DNA from: Bdellovibrionales bacterium
GTDB taxonomy: Bacteria; Bdellovibrionota; Bdellovibrionia; Bdellovibrionales; JAMPXM01
Assembly: GCA_005808505.1 (NCBI GenBank)
Contig: SYLX01000104.1
Location: forward strand, 1-55,371
Length of the DNA stretch: 55,371 nucleotides
Reading direction: 5' to 3'
The notes under the pieces were generated by a model. The model was given only the letters and a program-made list of their open reading frames with translations, had not been told where the DNA came from and did not search any database. The position numbers and the translations under genes were made by a program. This document shows positions 17,731 to 26,945 of this stretch, piece by piece; position 1 is the stretch's first letter; each line of letters begins with the position of its first letter.

Positions 17731-18841
17731 AACTGGTCCACCTTTGTGCTTACGTCGGCGGGAGTTTGCAAGGGATGGCGATAGAAGATTGGCCAGATCC
17801 TTGCTTTTCCCACCGGCGTGCGTCCCGAATGCCCGTATCGCCATATTCATCCTCATACCGCGTCCGGCAATCGGAAGATCGTCCGACTTGGAAGTTACCG
17901 CCGTAAGTCCGATGGTCGTCGCGTGAAACGCTTTCGATGCAACGAATGCGGCAAGGGCTTTTCGCACGCAACTCGAAGCGCCTGCTACAAACAAAACAAA
18001 AGACATTTAAACGATCGGTTTCGCAAACTATTCGCATCGGGAATTTCTCAGCGCCGACTCGCGCGATTGTTTTCGGTCAGTCGCACGACGGTCGTGCGTA
18101 AGCACCTATTCCTCGCGAGTCAGTCTCGCGGAAAGGTACAACGTACTGAAACGACCGAACCCGTTTTTGAGATTGTTGAGTTTGATGATCTCGAAACCTT
18201 CGAACACACAAAGTTCAAACCTCTGTCAGTCTTTTTGGCCGTCGAGTATAAGACTCGCAGGGTCATCGATCTGGAAGTTGCGCGAATGCCAGCGAAGGGC
18301 AAACTCTCCGCAAGGGCTTTGAAAAAGTATGGTCCTCGAGAGGATGAGCGACCGGCTGCGCGACGTCGGTTATTCGAACGAATTCAATCGCGTGTTAGTT
18401 CTGTCGCGATTTTTAAATCCGATATGAATCCACACTACCCGCTCGATCTTAAGCGCGCGTTCCCGCACGCAGAACACCGACGCTTCAAAGGACGTCGTGG
18501 ATGCATCGTGGGTCAGGGTGAACTGAAGCGCGGAGGCTTCGATCCACTCTTTTCGTTCAATCATACAGCGGCGATGTTCCGGGCAAACGTGAACCGCCTA
18601 TTCCGAAGAACTTGGAACACGACCAAACGTCCAGATCGCTTGGCCGATCACTTGATGATCTACGCGCACTATCACAATTCGACTTTGATCTGATTTCGAT
18701 AAGTTACCTAAAAGCGAATTTTTTTTCGTCCGGACTGCTTTTATCGATAGGGCTGTTTCGTTACCGACTTAATTGGGTTCGAGTCCCGCCTACCCTGTCG
18801 ATTCCTCTCCAGTCGTAACCATCAAGGTGGGCCAGTTCTAG
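17727..18841 (+). mobile_element. IS1-family insertion sequence (about 1.1 kb) with about 33-bp imperfect terminal inverted repeats
   Basis: IRL 17727-17759 (ctagaactggtccacctttgtgcttacgtcggc) against the reverse complement of 18809-18841 (ctagaactggcccaccttgatggttacgactgg) gives about 26/32 matches. A single transposase ORF lies inside. Confidence 0.6.
17818..18693 (+). CDS. IS1-family transposase (fused InsA-InsB-like)
   Basis: N-terminal Cys/His zinc-finger (CPYRH...CNECGKGF), an HTH (ISQRRLARLFSVSRTTV), a DDE region (EFDDLETF...SVFLAVEYKTRRVIDLEVA resembling InsB EMDEQWGYVG...WLFYAYD) and a C-terminus (NVNRLFRRT...RLADHLMIYAHYHN) resembling the IS1 InsB tail. GTG start. Confidence 0.7.
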   Translation: MRPECPYRHIHPHTASGNRKIVRLGSYRRKSDGRRVKRFRCNECGKGFSHATRSACYKQNKRHLNDRFRKLFASGISQRRLARLFSVSRTTVVRKHLFLASQSRGKVQRTETTEPVFEIVEFDDLETFEHTKFKPLSVFLAVEYKTRRVIDLEVARMPAKGKLSARALKKYGPREDERPAARRRLFERIQSRVSSVAIFKSDMNPHYPLDLKRAFPHAEHRRFKGRRGCIVGQGELKRGGFDPLFSFNHTAAMFRANVNRLFRRTWNTTKRPDRLADHLMIYAHYHNSTLI

Positions 18842-18993
18842 GTGGTTAGGAGAGAGCCTCCACCCACCCCACCCAAAGTCCTAACCGCACAATCGAGACT
18901 CCCGCCCCTGCGGTCATTCTTGGCACAATGGAAGATGAGACCCACTCAATCTGCTTTTGCTTCCATTTCCTTATCCATAGGCGGTCGGCGTCC

Positions 18994-20871
18994 ATGACGA
19001 AATTTTCTTTGAGTTTGCTTCCCGTTGTCTCGCTCGCGGTTTCTGGCGTTCTACTTACGCCCGCAGCTCCAGCAAGCGCCACTGTGTATCGCCTTAATCC
19101 GATCGTGAAGGATATGCGATTAGCCCTCCCGATGGAGTTCGAGAAAGCCATGGAAAATGACTTCCTCGGTCTCGATCAGGAGTCCGATGCCGCAAAAGCC
19201 AAAGTCGCCGCGCAGACGGAAGAATACCTCAATTACCGCCGCGGCCGCATGAGCACCGCCCAAGCTAACGCTTGGCTCGAGAAGTGCGCAAAGTCCGAAG
19301 CCCAAGAAGACAACTACTTCTGCCGCTACGAAGTCTCCAAAAGCCAAGGCCGAGCTCACGCCTCCAAAGCCCTTGCGCGATCCGCCTCCGAGCGCCGCCG
19401 AATCCTTTCCGATCTGCGCGACTCGCGCTTCGAAAAAGTCTCCGGCAAAAATCACATGGACGTGGTCGGCGCCGTAAGCCTCCTCGAACAAGGAGGCCAT
19501 TTGAACGAAGTCGCCGAAAAAGTCGCAAACATGAAAGCGTGCGTTCCGACTTCCGTTTCGACAGCCCTTGGCTACAAGCTTGAAGAACGCTTCCCCGCTA
19601 CCGAAACAGTTGATCTCTCAAGCCGCCTCTATCGAAAATCAATCGAATGCGGAAAAGACGCCGCAGCCGCCCAAGCCAGCTTCCGACTTGGACTCATTGA
19701 GATCTGGCACAAACGCTGCGACGAAATTCCGGAGCTCATGGCCAAAGTAGAAGCCACGGCGGAAGCAAGTCAGTTCCATCCCCGCGCCAAATTTTGGCGC
19801 TATTACTGCGCAACCGTGAACGGCGATGCTTCGGGCAAAGAAGTCGCGAAAGCAACTTTGATGAAGGACCATCCGATGAGCTTCCAGACATTGGCAGCCA
19901 CCGGAGAAGACGATGACTCAATGGCGCGCATTCTCAGTGCAGAACCACCCCGCGTATCCGTGCGATCGGTCATCCGTCCAGATCTCAATGGCCTGTTGCG
20001 AGCCACTGAAGGCTTGATCCGCGCTGGCGCAACACCGTTCGCCGCGGACCTCGTCGATCGAAATCTCCGCGAAGTGAAGACGTTCGAGCCTGAAGTTCGC
20101 CTTTACGTAGCCGTGATGCTGAATCGGATTGGGTTTGCGCTTCCGAAATTCAAGATCATGTCGGATCTCTTCCAAGATTCGCCACGCATGGTAAGTGCGG
20201 CGACCCTCCGTTTATTCTTTCCACTTTGGTACTACGAAATGGTTCGCGCAAAGCAAGAGAAGGTAGACCCCCTGCTCATCCTCTCTCTCATTCGCCAAGA
20301 GAGCGCCTTCAACAAAGCCGCCCGTTCAATCGCCGGTGCGCGCGGCCTCATGCAAGTCATGCCCGCTACCGCGCGTACGGTCGCGAGCGTTCGGACACAG
20401 AAGCTCTTGGATCCTGAAACAAACATCGGGATCGGCACGAAGTACTTTTTAAAGCGGCTCGAGCAATACGACGGAGACGTCGAACTCACTCTCGCCGCCT
20501 ACAATGCGGGTTTCATGAGAGTCGATCAGTGGAAGAAGCGCTATCCTACCGACAACAAACTCCTCTTCCTCGACTTCATCCCTTTCAAAGAAACGCGTGA
20601 TTATGTTTCATCGATTTTGCGCAACTACTATTGGTACGTGAAATTATATTCGGCGGATGCATCGCTTGCCCAAGCAAACGACGGTGCGAAGATTCAGAAC
20701 ACAAGCGCCAAAGCGCTCGCCATCATCAGCGCCAATGCGGGTGCCGCCGCGATGCCTGCGATCGTGCCTCTCGAAACTCCGACGGGCGCAGCCGTCGAAG
20801 CTGCAGGCGCCACGACGATGAACGAAGAAAAAAGCGAAGCACCCGTTTCCGAAAAGTCGATCGAGAAGTAA
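18994..20871 (+). CDS. soluble lytic murein transglycosylase (Slt-family, superhelical N-domain + SLT domain)
   Basis: Signal peptide, and a C-terminal SLT catalytic block (LSLIRQESAFNKAARSIAGARGLMQVMPATA...AYNAG). Confidence 0.8.
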   Translation: MTKFSLSLLPVVSLAVSGVLLTPAAPASATVYRLNPIVKDMRLALPMEFEKAMENDFLGLDQESDAAKAKVAAQTEEYLNYRRGRMSTAQANAWLEKCAKSEAQEDNYFCRYEVSKSQGRAHASKALARSASERRRILSDLRDSRFEKVSGKNHMDVVGAVSLLEQGGHLNEVAEKVANMKACVPTSVSTALGYKLEERFPATETVDLSSRLYRKSIECGKDAAAAQASFRLGLIEIWHKRCDEIPELMAKVEATAEASQFHPRAKFWRYYCATVNGDASGKEVAKATLMKDHPMSFQTLAATGEDDDSMARILSAEPPRVSVRSVIRPDLNGLLRATEGLIRAGATPFAADLVDRNLREVKTFEPEVRLYVAVMLNRIGFALPKFKIMSDLFQDSPRMVSAATLRLFFPLWYYEMVRAKQEKVDPLLILSLIRQESAFNKAARSIAGARGLMQVMPATARTVASVRTQKLLDPETNIGIGTKYFLKRLEQYDGDVELTLAAYNAGFMRVDQWKKRYPTDNKLLFLDFIPFKETRDYVSSILRNYYWYVKLYSADASLAQANDGAKIQNTSAKALAIISANAGAAAMPAIVPLETPTGAAVEAAGATTMNEEKSEAPVSEKSIEK

Positions 20872-20884
20872 GAGTGGGAAAGTT

Positions 20885-20911
20885 CGTTGAGTGGAGAAAC
20901 TCCACTCAACG
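20885..20911. other. perfect 12-bp hairpin (cgttgagtggag-aaa-ctccactcaacg) between convergent genes
   Basis: Seen directly. There is no U-tract. It overlaps the 3' end of the nuclease gene. Confidence 0.5.
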
Positions 20912-21469
20912 CGAAGCGGGAGAGCGATCTAAAACTTGTCGAGCTTCTCCCCGAGCTACCGAACACCAGTCGACTTTCTTCTTCGTCCCGCCGTGATACT
21001 CGTAAGCTAAGCCGTTTCGCAAAAGTATCGCCTTCAAATCCGTATTATCGACTTGAACGTCCGCCAAGATGCGGAAGTACTTATCGCGATCGATTTTCAA
21101 GAGATCGATTCTTTTGGCGTTCTTCAATTTGCTCTCGACTAAATTCCGCGCGATTCGCGCACTTTGTTTTTCGCACTCATCCTTTGTTTTCACTTCGGGC
21201 GTGTCGAGCCCGTTGACACGAACGGAAATTTTCTCACCCAAAAGCGGATGCACGTTTGGAACGTTGAACGTGATCGTGTCGCCGTCATAATTTTGAAGAT
21301 ACTTCACACAGCGAAGCGTGTGAGCGTCGTGCTCGCAACCCTTTTCGACGCCCGCCACCGCTTGCTGCGAACCACCAGAGGTCTCATGGCGGGTGCACGA
21401 GACGCTGCCAAGGCTAGCCACGATGAAGCAAGCGACACTCGCAACGAGGACCGATGTTCTCTTTCTCAT
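20906..21469 (-). CDS. secreted thermonuclease (staphylococcal-nuclease/SNase fold)
   Basis: SNase motifs (YDGDTITF...VRVNGLDTPE...RIDLLKIDRDKYFRILADV...LLRNGLAYEY). Signal/lipoprotein-like N-terminus ...SLGSVSC. Start about 21469-21481. Confidence 0.7.
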   Translation of the reverse strand: MRKRTSVLVASVACFIVASLGSVSCTRHETSGGSQQAVAGVEKGCEHDAHTLRCVKYLQNYDGDTITFNVPNVHPLLGEKISVRVNGLDTPEVKTKDECEKQSARIARNLVESKLKNAKRIDLLKIDRDKYFRILADVQVDNTDLKAILLRNGLAYEYHGGTKKKVDWCSVARGEARQVLDRSPASR

Positions 21470-21697
21470 TTGCATACTAAGGCTCATTCGCATATTAGGC
21501 CTCTCCTCTGCGGTTGAAGTGCTCTGCATGCGCGGTTTATGGACGAAGGTCCGCACCGTTAGCTTCTGAATTGTACACATGCCTTCGTAAAAACAAAGAT
21601 GGGAAAACTCACCGAGAAGCTGAAAAATTGACTTTCGAGTCTTTCCGCCGGAACCTCGATAGAGCATTTTCATCACCGATTTTCAGAGGAAGTCAGC

Positions 21698-22897
21698 ATG
21701 CGTTTTGACCTCGTTTCCTTCTCGCGCGTCGCATCGATCTGCGCCCTTTTTGCGACATTCGCTTCGACACCCGTCGATGCCCGCGAAACGAACGGTAAGG
21801 TGCGCGTTCCTCAAGGCTCTCGCTTTTCGGCGCAAGCTACCGAAGAAAAAATTCTTGTTGAGCGAGCTCCCGCTTCAGAAATTGAGCTTGCACCGCCGTC
21901 GGCTTCGCCTGCACCCGAAACCAAAGCCGAGACAAAGCCGGCAGCTAAAGCAGAGAAGCCAGCAGAGAAACAGACCGAAGCACCCAAAAAAGCCGCAAAA
22001 GCAGATTCGAAACCGCTTGATCCATTCTCGCAGGACATTCGCAAACATTGCGAACGACACTTTCCTGGACAGATTCAAGCAGAAGTTCGTACCGCGTGCG
22101 CCTCGGCAGCACCTGAGTACGCAAAACTCGGAAAGAGTTTGATCCAAACTCGCTGCCGCCTCAACTACGGCGAAGAACCCCGTTTGGTGATGGCTTGTCT
22201 TGTTGGCTCCTCCGTTGCGGACGACGTCCTAGCTGGTCGCGAAGATTTCAAACGTAAGCTCCAACTCTGTGCCGAGAACTATCCCGTGCACAATGAGATC
22301 GACGCGTTTCTTCAAGAGTCTTGTCTGACCGGCATCCACATTTCAGACCTCATGAAAACGGACGGCAAAGAGAAGTTCGAAGCGTGCGCGCAAATCACAC
22401 CGGAGCGTTCGTTCATCGGTCCTTGCGCGGTGGGCTTGAGCTTAGCGAAAGAATCTTCAGGTGCAGTAAGTCCTGCCCAACAGAACAAAGCTTGCGAGCA
22501 GTACTTCAACTTAAAACAATTCCACAAAGGTTACCGCGCTTGCTTGAATGCGCGTAGCTTGGCTCCCGAACTCCCGACGAAGTACGCTGACGCTTTAAAA
22601 GGTTGCTCTAACATCATGGGCGACGCGAACAATGACACCGAACGCGCGGCATGCCTCGTGGGTTTAAGCATCTACCGACATCTGCAAAAAAACCAAGACG
22701 TCGCCGGTCGCTTCCAAAAGTGCGGCGAAAACAAGGTCACTTACCAAGATCGCGACGTCCTCGCATGTTTGACAGCGGCAAGTCTTCTTGATTTTACGGA
22801 TAGAGGCGGAGCCGAGTCCGGCTGCCGCGAAGTCTTCAAAGAAGCACGCAGCCGCGTACGTGGTGACTGCGTCAACTCCTTAAGCCTCTTTAACTGA
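21698..22897 (+). CDS. secreted Cys-rich hypothetical protein with Pro/Ala/Lys-rich linker
   Basis: Signal peptide, a PAPETKAETKPAAKAEKPAEKQTEAPKKAAKA low-complexity linker, then about 20 regularly spaced cysteines. Confidence 0.5.
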   Translation: MRFDLVSFSRVASICALFATFASTPVDARETNGKVRVPQGSRFSAQATEEKILVERAPASEIELAPPSASPAPETKAETKPAAKAEKPAEKQTEAPKKAAKADSKPLDPFSQDIRKHCERHFPGQIQAEVRTACASAAPEYAKLGKSLIQTRCRLNYGEEPRLVMACLVGSSVADDVLAGREDFKRKLQLCAENYPVHNEIDAFLQESCLTGIHISDLMKTDGKEKFEACAQITPERSFIGPCAVGLSLAKESSGAVSPAQQNKACEQYFNLKQFHKGYRACLNARSLAPELPTKYADALKGCSNIMGDANNDTERAACLVGLSIYRHLQKNQDVAGRFQKCGENKVTYQDRDVLACLTAASLLDFTDRGGAESGCREVFKEARSRVRGDCVNSLSLFN

Positions 22898-22908
22898 GTT
22901 TAGAATCG

Positions 22909-23700
22909 TTAGCGTCGCAGTTGCGAAAGCGCAGCTGCGGCAGCTGAACTCAATGCCGAGTTCTCGGATTTCGCCGCTCTCTCAAGGTCAGCGATTATGG
23001 ATGCCCGAGACGGATGCTCAGGATTCTTTTTTAGCCAGGGTACGAGCATCCTCACCGCAACCAGTTGCGGATAAGCGAGACTGACTTCTCCGCCTTGATC
23101 CCCTTCTCCGGCATGAATTCCTTCGTGAGCCTCACCCGATTCCTGAGGAGGCTTTGAACAGTCACCAAGACTCAAGCAAGGCGCTTCATCAAGAACTGCG
23201 CTTATGAAAGCGACGTCGTCATTTGTCGCCATTTCCCGGCCGATCAAGAAGACCGTAAGGCCACGCGCATTCCGTCTTTCCCGAGGAAAGGATTCGTACC
23301 GGGTGCGGAGTTGAGCTTTCGTTTCTGGCGCTAAATTTTTTAAAGTCGTATCGAGACGAGGGTCGTTGTCGTTCTTTGTGCGAATGATTTCGTCAAACGC
23401 GCGAACTTGAACAGATGGACTTACGTTTAAGGCTTCCGGCGAACGATCGTCATTCACCTGATCCGGCGATGCTGCAACATTTGCGGTTTGATTCGAGTCG
23501 CCACTGATCGAATCGCCAACACTTGGCTGTTGAATTTCCTGTCCATCTCCAGTCACTGATTTAGTTCCAGAGGACACCTTATCGTCATGGACTGTTGTTG
23601 TTGATCCATTGTTCGCGGACAACGCCCAGATCATACCGGCGAGGACCACGACGCCCCCGCCAATCACGATTTTCCACCAAGATTTTTTAGAGTAGAGCAT
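22909..23700 (-). CDS. membrane-anchored hypothetical protein
   Basis: Single N-terminal TM segment (WWKIVIGGGVVVLAGMIWAL), then a Ser/Asp-rich periplasmic region. Confidence 0.45.
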   Translation of the reverse strand: MLYSKKSWWKIVIGGGVVVLAGMIWALSANNGSTTTVHDDKVSSGTKSVTGDGQEIQQPSVGDSISGDSNQTANVAASPDQVNDDRSPEALNVSPSVQVRAFDEIIRTKNDNDPRLDTTLKNLAPETKAQLRTRYESFPRERRNARGLTVFLIGREMATNDDVAFISAVLDEAPCLSLGDCSKPPQESGEAHEGIHAGEGDQGGEVSLAYPQLVAVRMLVPWLKKNPEHPSRASIIADLERAAKSENSALSSAAAAALSQLRR

Positions 23701-24439
23701 TCAGGTCTTTTTCGATCTGATCCCGTGCGGAACGATTCGTAACGCGATTCATTTGATCGTTCCCGTAGAGGGCCGCGTCCATTTTCACTTTTTCAGAGCA
23801 AGATTCGCATTGCGTTTCAATGTTCTTGAGCATGACGACAGTCGAACCATACGCACCCACCGCGTGATCATCGCAACCGTCTTCGCCCGCAAGCGGCATG
23901 CCTGTCCAAATGCTCTTGATGTCGTTTCCATTTGAATCTTTGAACGGGACCGGACAAACTGCGTGCATCCAGAAGCCACTCTGACGTTCCGTATGTCGAG
24001 CCTCGTGGAAAACAACCATCAAACGCGCGATTTGCGGATGATCGAATTGAGTGAAGTTTTTGGTCAGAACCATCTGCGTCGCATCGACGAAAGGACTCAC
24101 GTAGGCTACGGCACCTCCGCTCATTGATCCGTCAAATGCCACGCTCTTAACGCGCGAATCAAAATAGGAATAGTAATTTGCGCCCGTCATTTCGCCGAAA
24201 ACTTGGCGATGGAGAGCCGAAGCTTTTGCACCTTGAACCGTCTTGATAAACTCAAGATCGTTCACAAGTTGCTCGCGTGTTTTCGCGGGAACAGACGGAT
24301 CAAAATTAACGCTTGTTGAAACCTGCGCGCTTGCCGCACTCGCGGCGAGAACCGCCGTAAAAAGAAAAGTCGCAACGCGTGCGACTGTAGGTACCTTCGT
24401 TGAATTTAAAACTTGAGAACGTCCTTCAAATCTCATCAT
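23687..24439 (-). CDS. secreted putative zinc metallopeptidase (HExxH)
   Basis: Signal peptide plus a VVFHEARHTE HExxH motif. GGAGGGGGAGA RBS upstream of ATG 24439. Confidence 0.5.
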   Translation of the reverse strand: MMRFEGRSQVLNSTKVPTVARVATFLFTAVLAASAASAQVSTSVNFDPSVPAKTREQLVNDLEFIKTVQGAKASALHRQVFGEMTGANYYSYFDSRVKSVAFDGSMSGGAVAYVSPFVDATQMVLTKNFTQFDHPQIARLMVVFHEARHTERQSGFWMHAVCPVPFKDSNGNDIKSIWTGMPLAGEDGCDDHAVGAYGSTVVMLKNIETQCESCSEKVKMDAALYGNDQMNRVTNRSARDQIEKDLNALL

Positions 24440-24654
24440 TCTCCCCCTCCGGCATCTTGCCCCGAGCAAAGTTCTAGCGCGGGTAAAACCGGAGAGTCTA
24501 AAGAAAATCGAATTCCTTCGGAATCAACGCTCTGTCCTCTAGGCTCTAGCTTATCGATCCTATAAGAACGCGTGCAGGTCGTGCGGGTTTCCGCTCTCCC
24601 TGCGCGCGTCGTCCGCTTTCGCGGCCCTTCATCTACCGAACACGGTCACTCAAT

Positions 24655-25176
24655 TTAATGTTTGAGTTCGATGTGCTGAGCACCCGTTTTGTCGTCGAGC
24701 GGTTTGCCCGTGATGGCCGCCTTCGCCATGCCGATCAAATGAACGATTGAGCTAGAGGGCGAATCCCAAATCTCGGCGCTGTCGACATCGACGCGAATCA
24801 AGCTGATTTCGGGATCTTCAAGGCCTTCCGGAAACCAGGCTTTCAGCGCAGGATTCCATAACTCCGCCATTTTGTTTTTATCGTGAACCATGTAGCCGCG
24901 ACCTGCGACGGAAACATAGTGATGCTTATCAGGATTCGCATACGCAACGTTGACGTGCTGATCCTTCTCGATCGAATTCACTTTGCCCGAATCTCCGCGC
25001 GTGAAGAACCAGAGCTCGCCATCGAACTCTGCGTCTTGCGTTGCCATCGGGCGGCTCCGCATAACGCCGTCTGGATCTGCCGTCGTGAGCATCGCGAACT
25101 TGATATCTTTGATCATCGATCCGAGCTTCGCGATCTTCTCTTCGCGTGTCTTTGGTTCTACTTGGGAAGTTGCCAT
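24655..25176 (-). CDS. pyridoxamine 5'-phosphate oxidase-like / general stress protein 26 family
   Basis: PNPOx-like split-barrel motifs (AMLTTADPDG...ELWFFT...HVNVAYANP). Confidence 0.65.
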   Translation of the reverse strand: MATSQVEPKTREEKIAKLGSMIKDIKFAMLTTADPDGVMRSRPMATQDAEFDGELWFFTRGDSGKVNSIEKDQHVNVAYANPDKHHYVSVAGRGYMVHDKNKMAELWNPALKAWFPEGLEDPEISLIRVDVDSAEIWDSPSSSIVHLIGMAKAAITGKPLDDKTGAQHIELKH

Positions 25177-25569
25177 GGAATTTCTCTCCTTTTTGTTCCT
25201 CTTCAAGCCATTCGGGTCAAATCTTTCGAGCGCACCGATTTTTCCGCTAGCTATTTTCCTCGAGAGGGTTGGTTCGGCTCAAGCGAACCTTCGGCATTTG
25301 GTCAAAGCTTGACGTGCGTTCCATGGTTTTTCCAAGCGATGTGCACAATGAACCACACTTCCGAGCCGGCGAAGTTTACACATTCTCGAACCTTGCTTGG
25401 CTAGGCGAATGGTGCTGTGATCGGCCTCCGACGGCACGGGTTAGCTCCGATGCGAAACTACTCGGCTCCAGAGTCCTCAAGTGCTTGGAGGCAAATGGAA
25501 TTGGCAGAACCTCGATCGGGAAACTGGGAAACTCCAGACACGCACTCGATCGAAGCAAGAGGATCGCGG

Positions 25570-26829
25570 ATGCAGCGCTTTACGGATCGACTTCGCGAAC
25601 GAAGTGAACGATCGAAGTGGCCCTTGCTCCTAGTTCTCGCCTTTGTGCAATTTGCGCACGTCCTCGATTTCGTCATCGTGATGCCTCTGGGCCCCCAACT
25701 CATGCGCGTCTTCGATATCGGAACAGCCTCGTTCGGTTTATTAGTCTCCGTCTACAACTTGTCGGCGGCAGCTGCAGGACTCGTTGGAGTTTTTTTCCTG
25801 GATCGTTTCGATCGCAAGAAAGCGCTCCTCTTTGTCTTTGCGGGATTCATCCTCGGAACCCTGGGTTGCTCACTCGCGGCTGACGAAAAATCACTTCTAG
25901 CCACTCGCGTGATTACGGGCGCCTTCGGTGGACTCATCCAAGCACTCCTGTTTGCCATCATCGGCGACTGCTTCGATGAAGGAAAACGCGGAGCCGCAAC
26001 CGGCACCGTCATGTCGGCATTTTCGCTAGCATCCATCGTGGGCGTACCGATCGCGCTTTCGCTGGCCGATCGGTATGATTGGAGAACGCCGTTCCTCATG
26101 CTGACGCTCATTTCCATCGCAACGTGGATCTGGGCGGCCCGCGTTCTCCCCACAATGCGCTCGCATTTACGTGAACTTCCCGTAGTCGAGCGTTTGCCGT
26201 TATTATCTTCGCTCAAGAATAACCTCGCCTCGACATTCCAGCTTTTCCGCGAGGAGAACACGCTCACGGCTTGCCTACTCATCATCTGTTTGATGTTTGC
26301 GGGTTTCACCGTCATCCCGTTCATGAGTGCGTACCTTGTTGCAAACGTCGGCTTACGCGAAGCGGATCTGGCAACGGTCTTTCTTGCGGGAGGAGCCGCA
26401 ACTCTCATCACATCTCGCTGGACGGGAAAGATCGCCGATCGATTCGGCAAAGAGCGTGTATTTACTTGGCTTGCGGCACTTTCGATGATTCCTGTTTTTC
26501 TGCTCACGCATTTACCGAAAGTTCCGATCCTCGTGGCGATCGGGATCGCCACCCTCTTTACGATCCTGATTTCGGCTAGGGCGATCCCGGCGCTAGCGAT
26601 GATTACTTCGAGCATCGAAGGTTCACGCCGTGGAGCTTTCCTAAGTTTAACTTCAAGCGTTCAGCAATCCGCGAGCGGCGTCGCTTCATTTCTAGCAGGC
26701 TCGTTTTTAATTTTGGGCCCCCAAGGTGAGATCCGACGCTACGATCTCGCCGGGAATTTTGCCGTGTTTGCTACTTTGCTTGCGATCATCGCTGCCCGTC
26801 GCTTGCGACGACCCGCTGTCTTAAAATGA
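25570..26829 (+). CDS. MFS transporter
   Basis: Twelve predicted TM segments and an MFS loop motif (GxxxDRxGRK-like: FLDRFDRKKAL). Confidence 0.8.
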   Translation: MQRFTDRLRERSERSKWPLLLVLAFVQFAHVLDFVIVMPLGPQLMRVFDIGTASFGLLVSVYNLSAAAAGLVGVFFLDRFDRKKALLFVFAGFILGTLGCSLAADEKSLLATRVITGAFGGLIQALLFAIIGDCFDEGKRGAATGTVMSAFSLASIVGVPIALSLADRYDWRTPFLMLTLISIATWIWAARVLPTMRSHLRELPVVERLPLLSSLKNNLASTFQLFREENTLTACLLIICLMFAGFTVIPFMSAYLVANVGLREADLATVFLAGGAATLITSRWTGKIADRFGKERVFTWLAALSMIPVFLLTHLPKVPILVAIGIATLFTILISARAIPALAMITSSIEGSRRGAFLSLTSSVQQSASGVASFLAGSFLILGPQGEIRRYDLAGNFAVFATLLAIIAARRLRRPAVLK

Positions 26830-26945
26830 GACACCTGCTCAGCGGGTTTCCGCCTATCGCTCTAGCGCTAGGGGTAAGGCCTTAGAATTCCTCATCATTC
26901 CAATGGCACATTCCTTGGACCTCTCAGCCTCTAAGGCGGTGTCCA

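Noticed and set aside
17512-18037. Two minus-strand ORFs (164 aa and 95 aa) overlapping the IS transposase
   Set aside because: Antisense to a well-supported transposase. Arg-rich, no motifs.
18773-18797. tRNA-like T-arm/acceptor fragment (ttgggTTCGAGTcccgc + ctaccctg) downstream of the transposase
   Set aside because: No complementary 5' acceptor strand, D-arm or anticodon arm could be found about 60-75 nt upstream, and there is no CCA. It is at best a tRNA remnant or structural mimic inside the IS, not a functional tRNA gene.
25752-26615. 287-aa ORF antisense to the MFS transporter
   Set aside because: The plus-strand MFS gene has 12 clear TM helices. The antisense product is Arg/Ser-rich with no domain.
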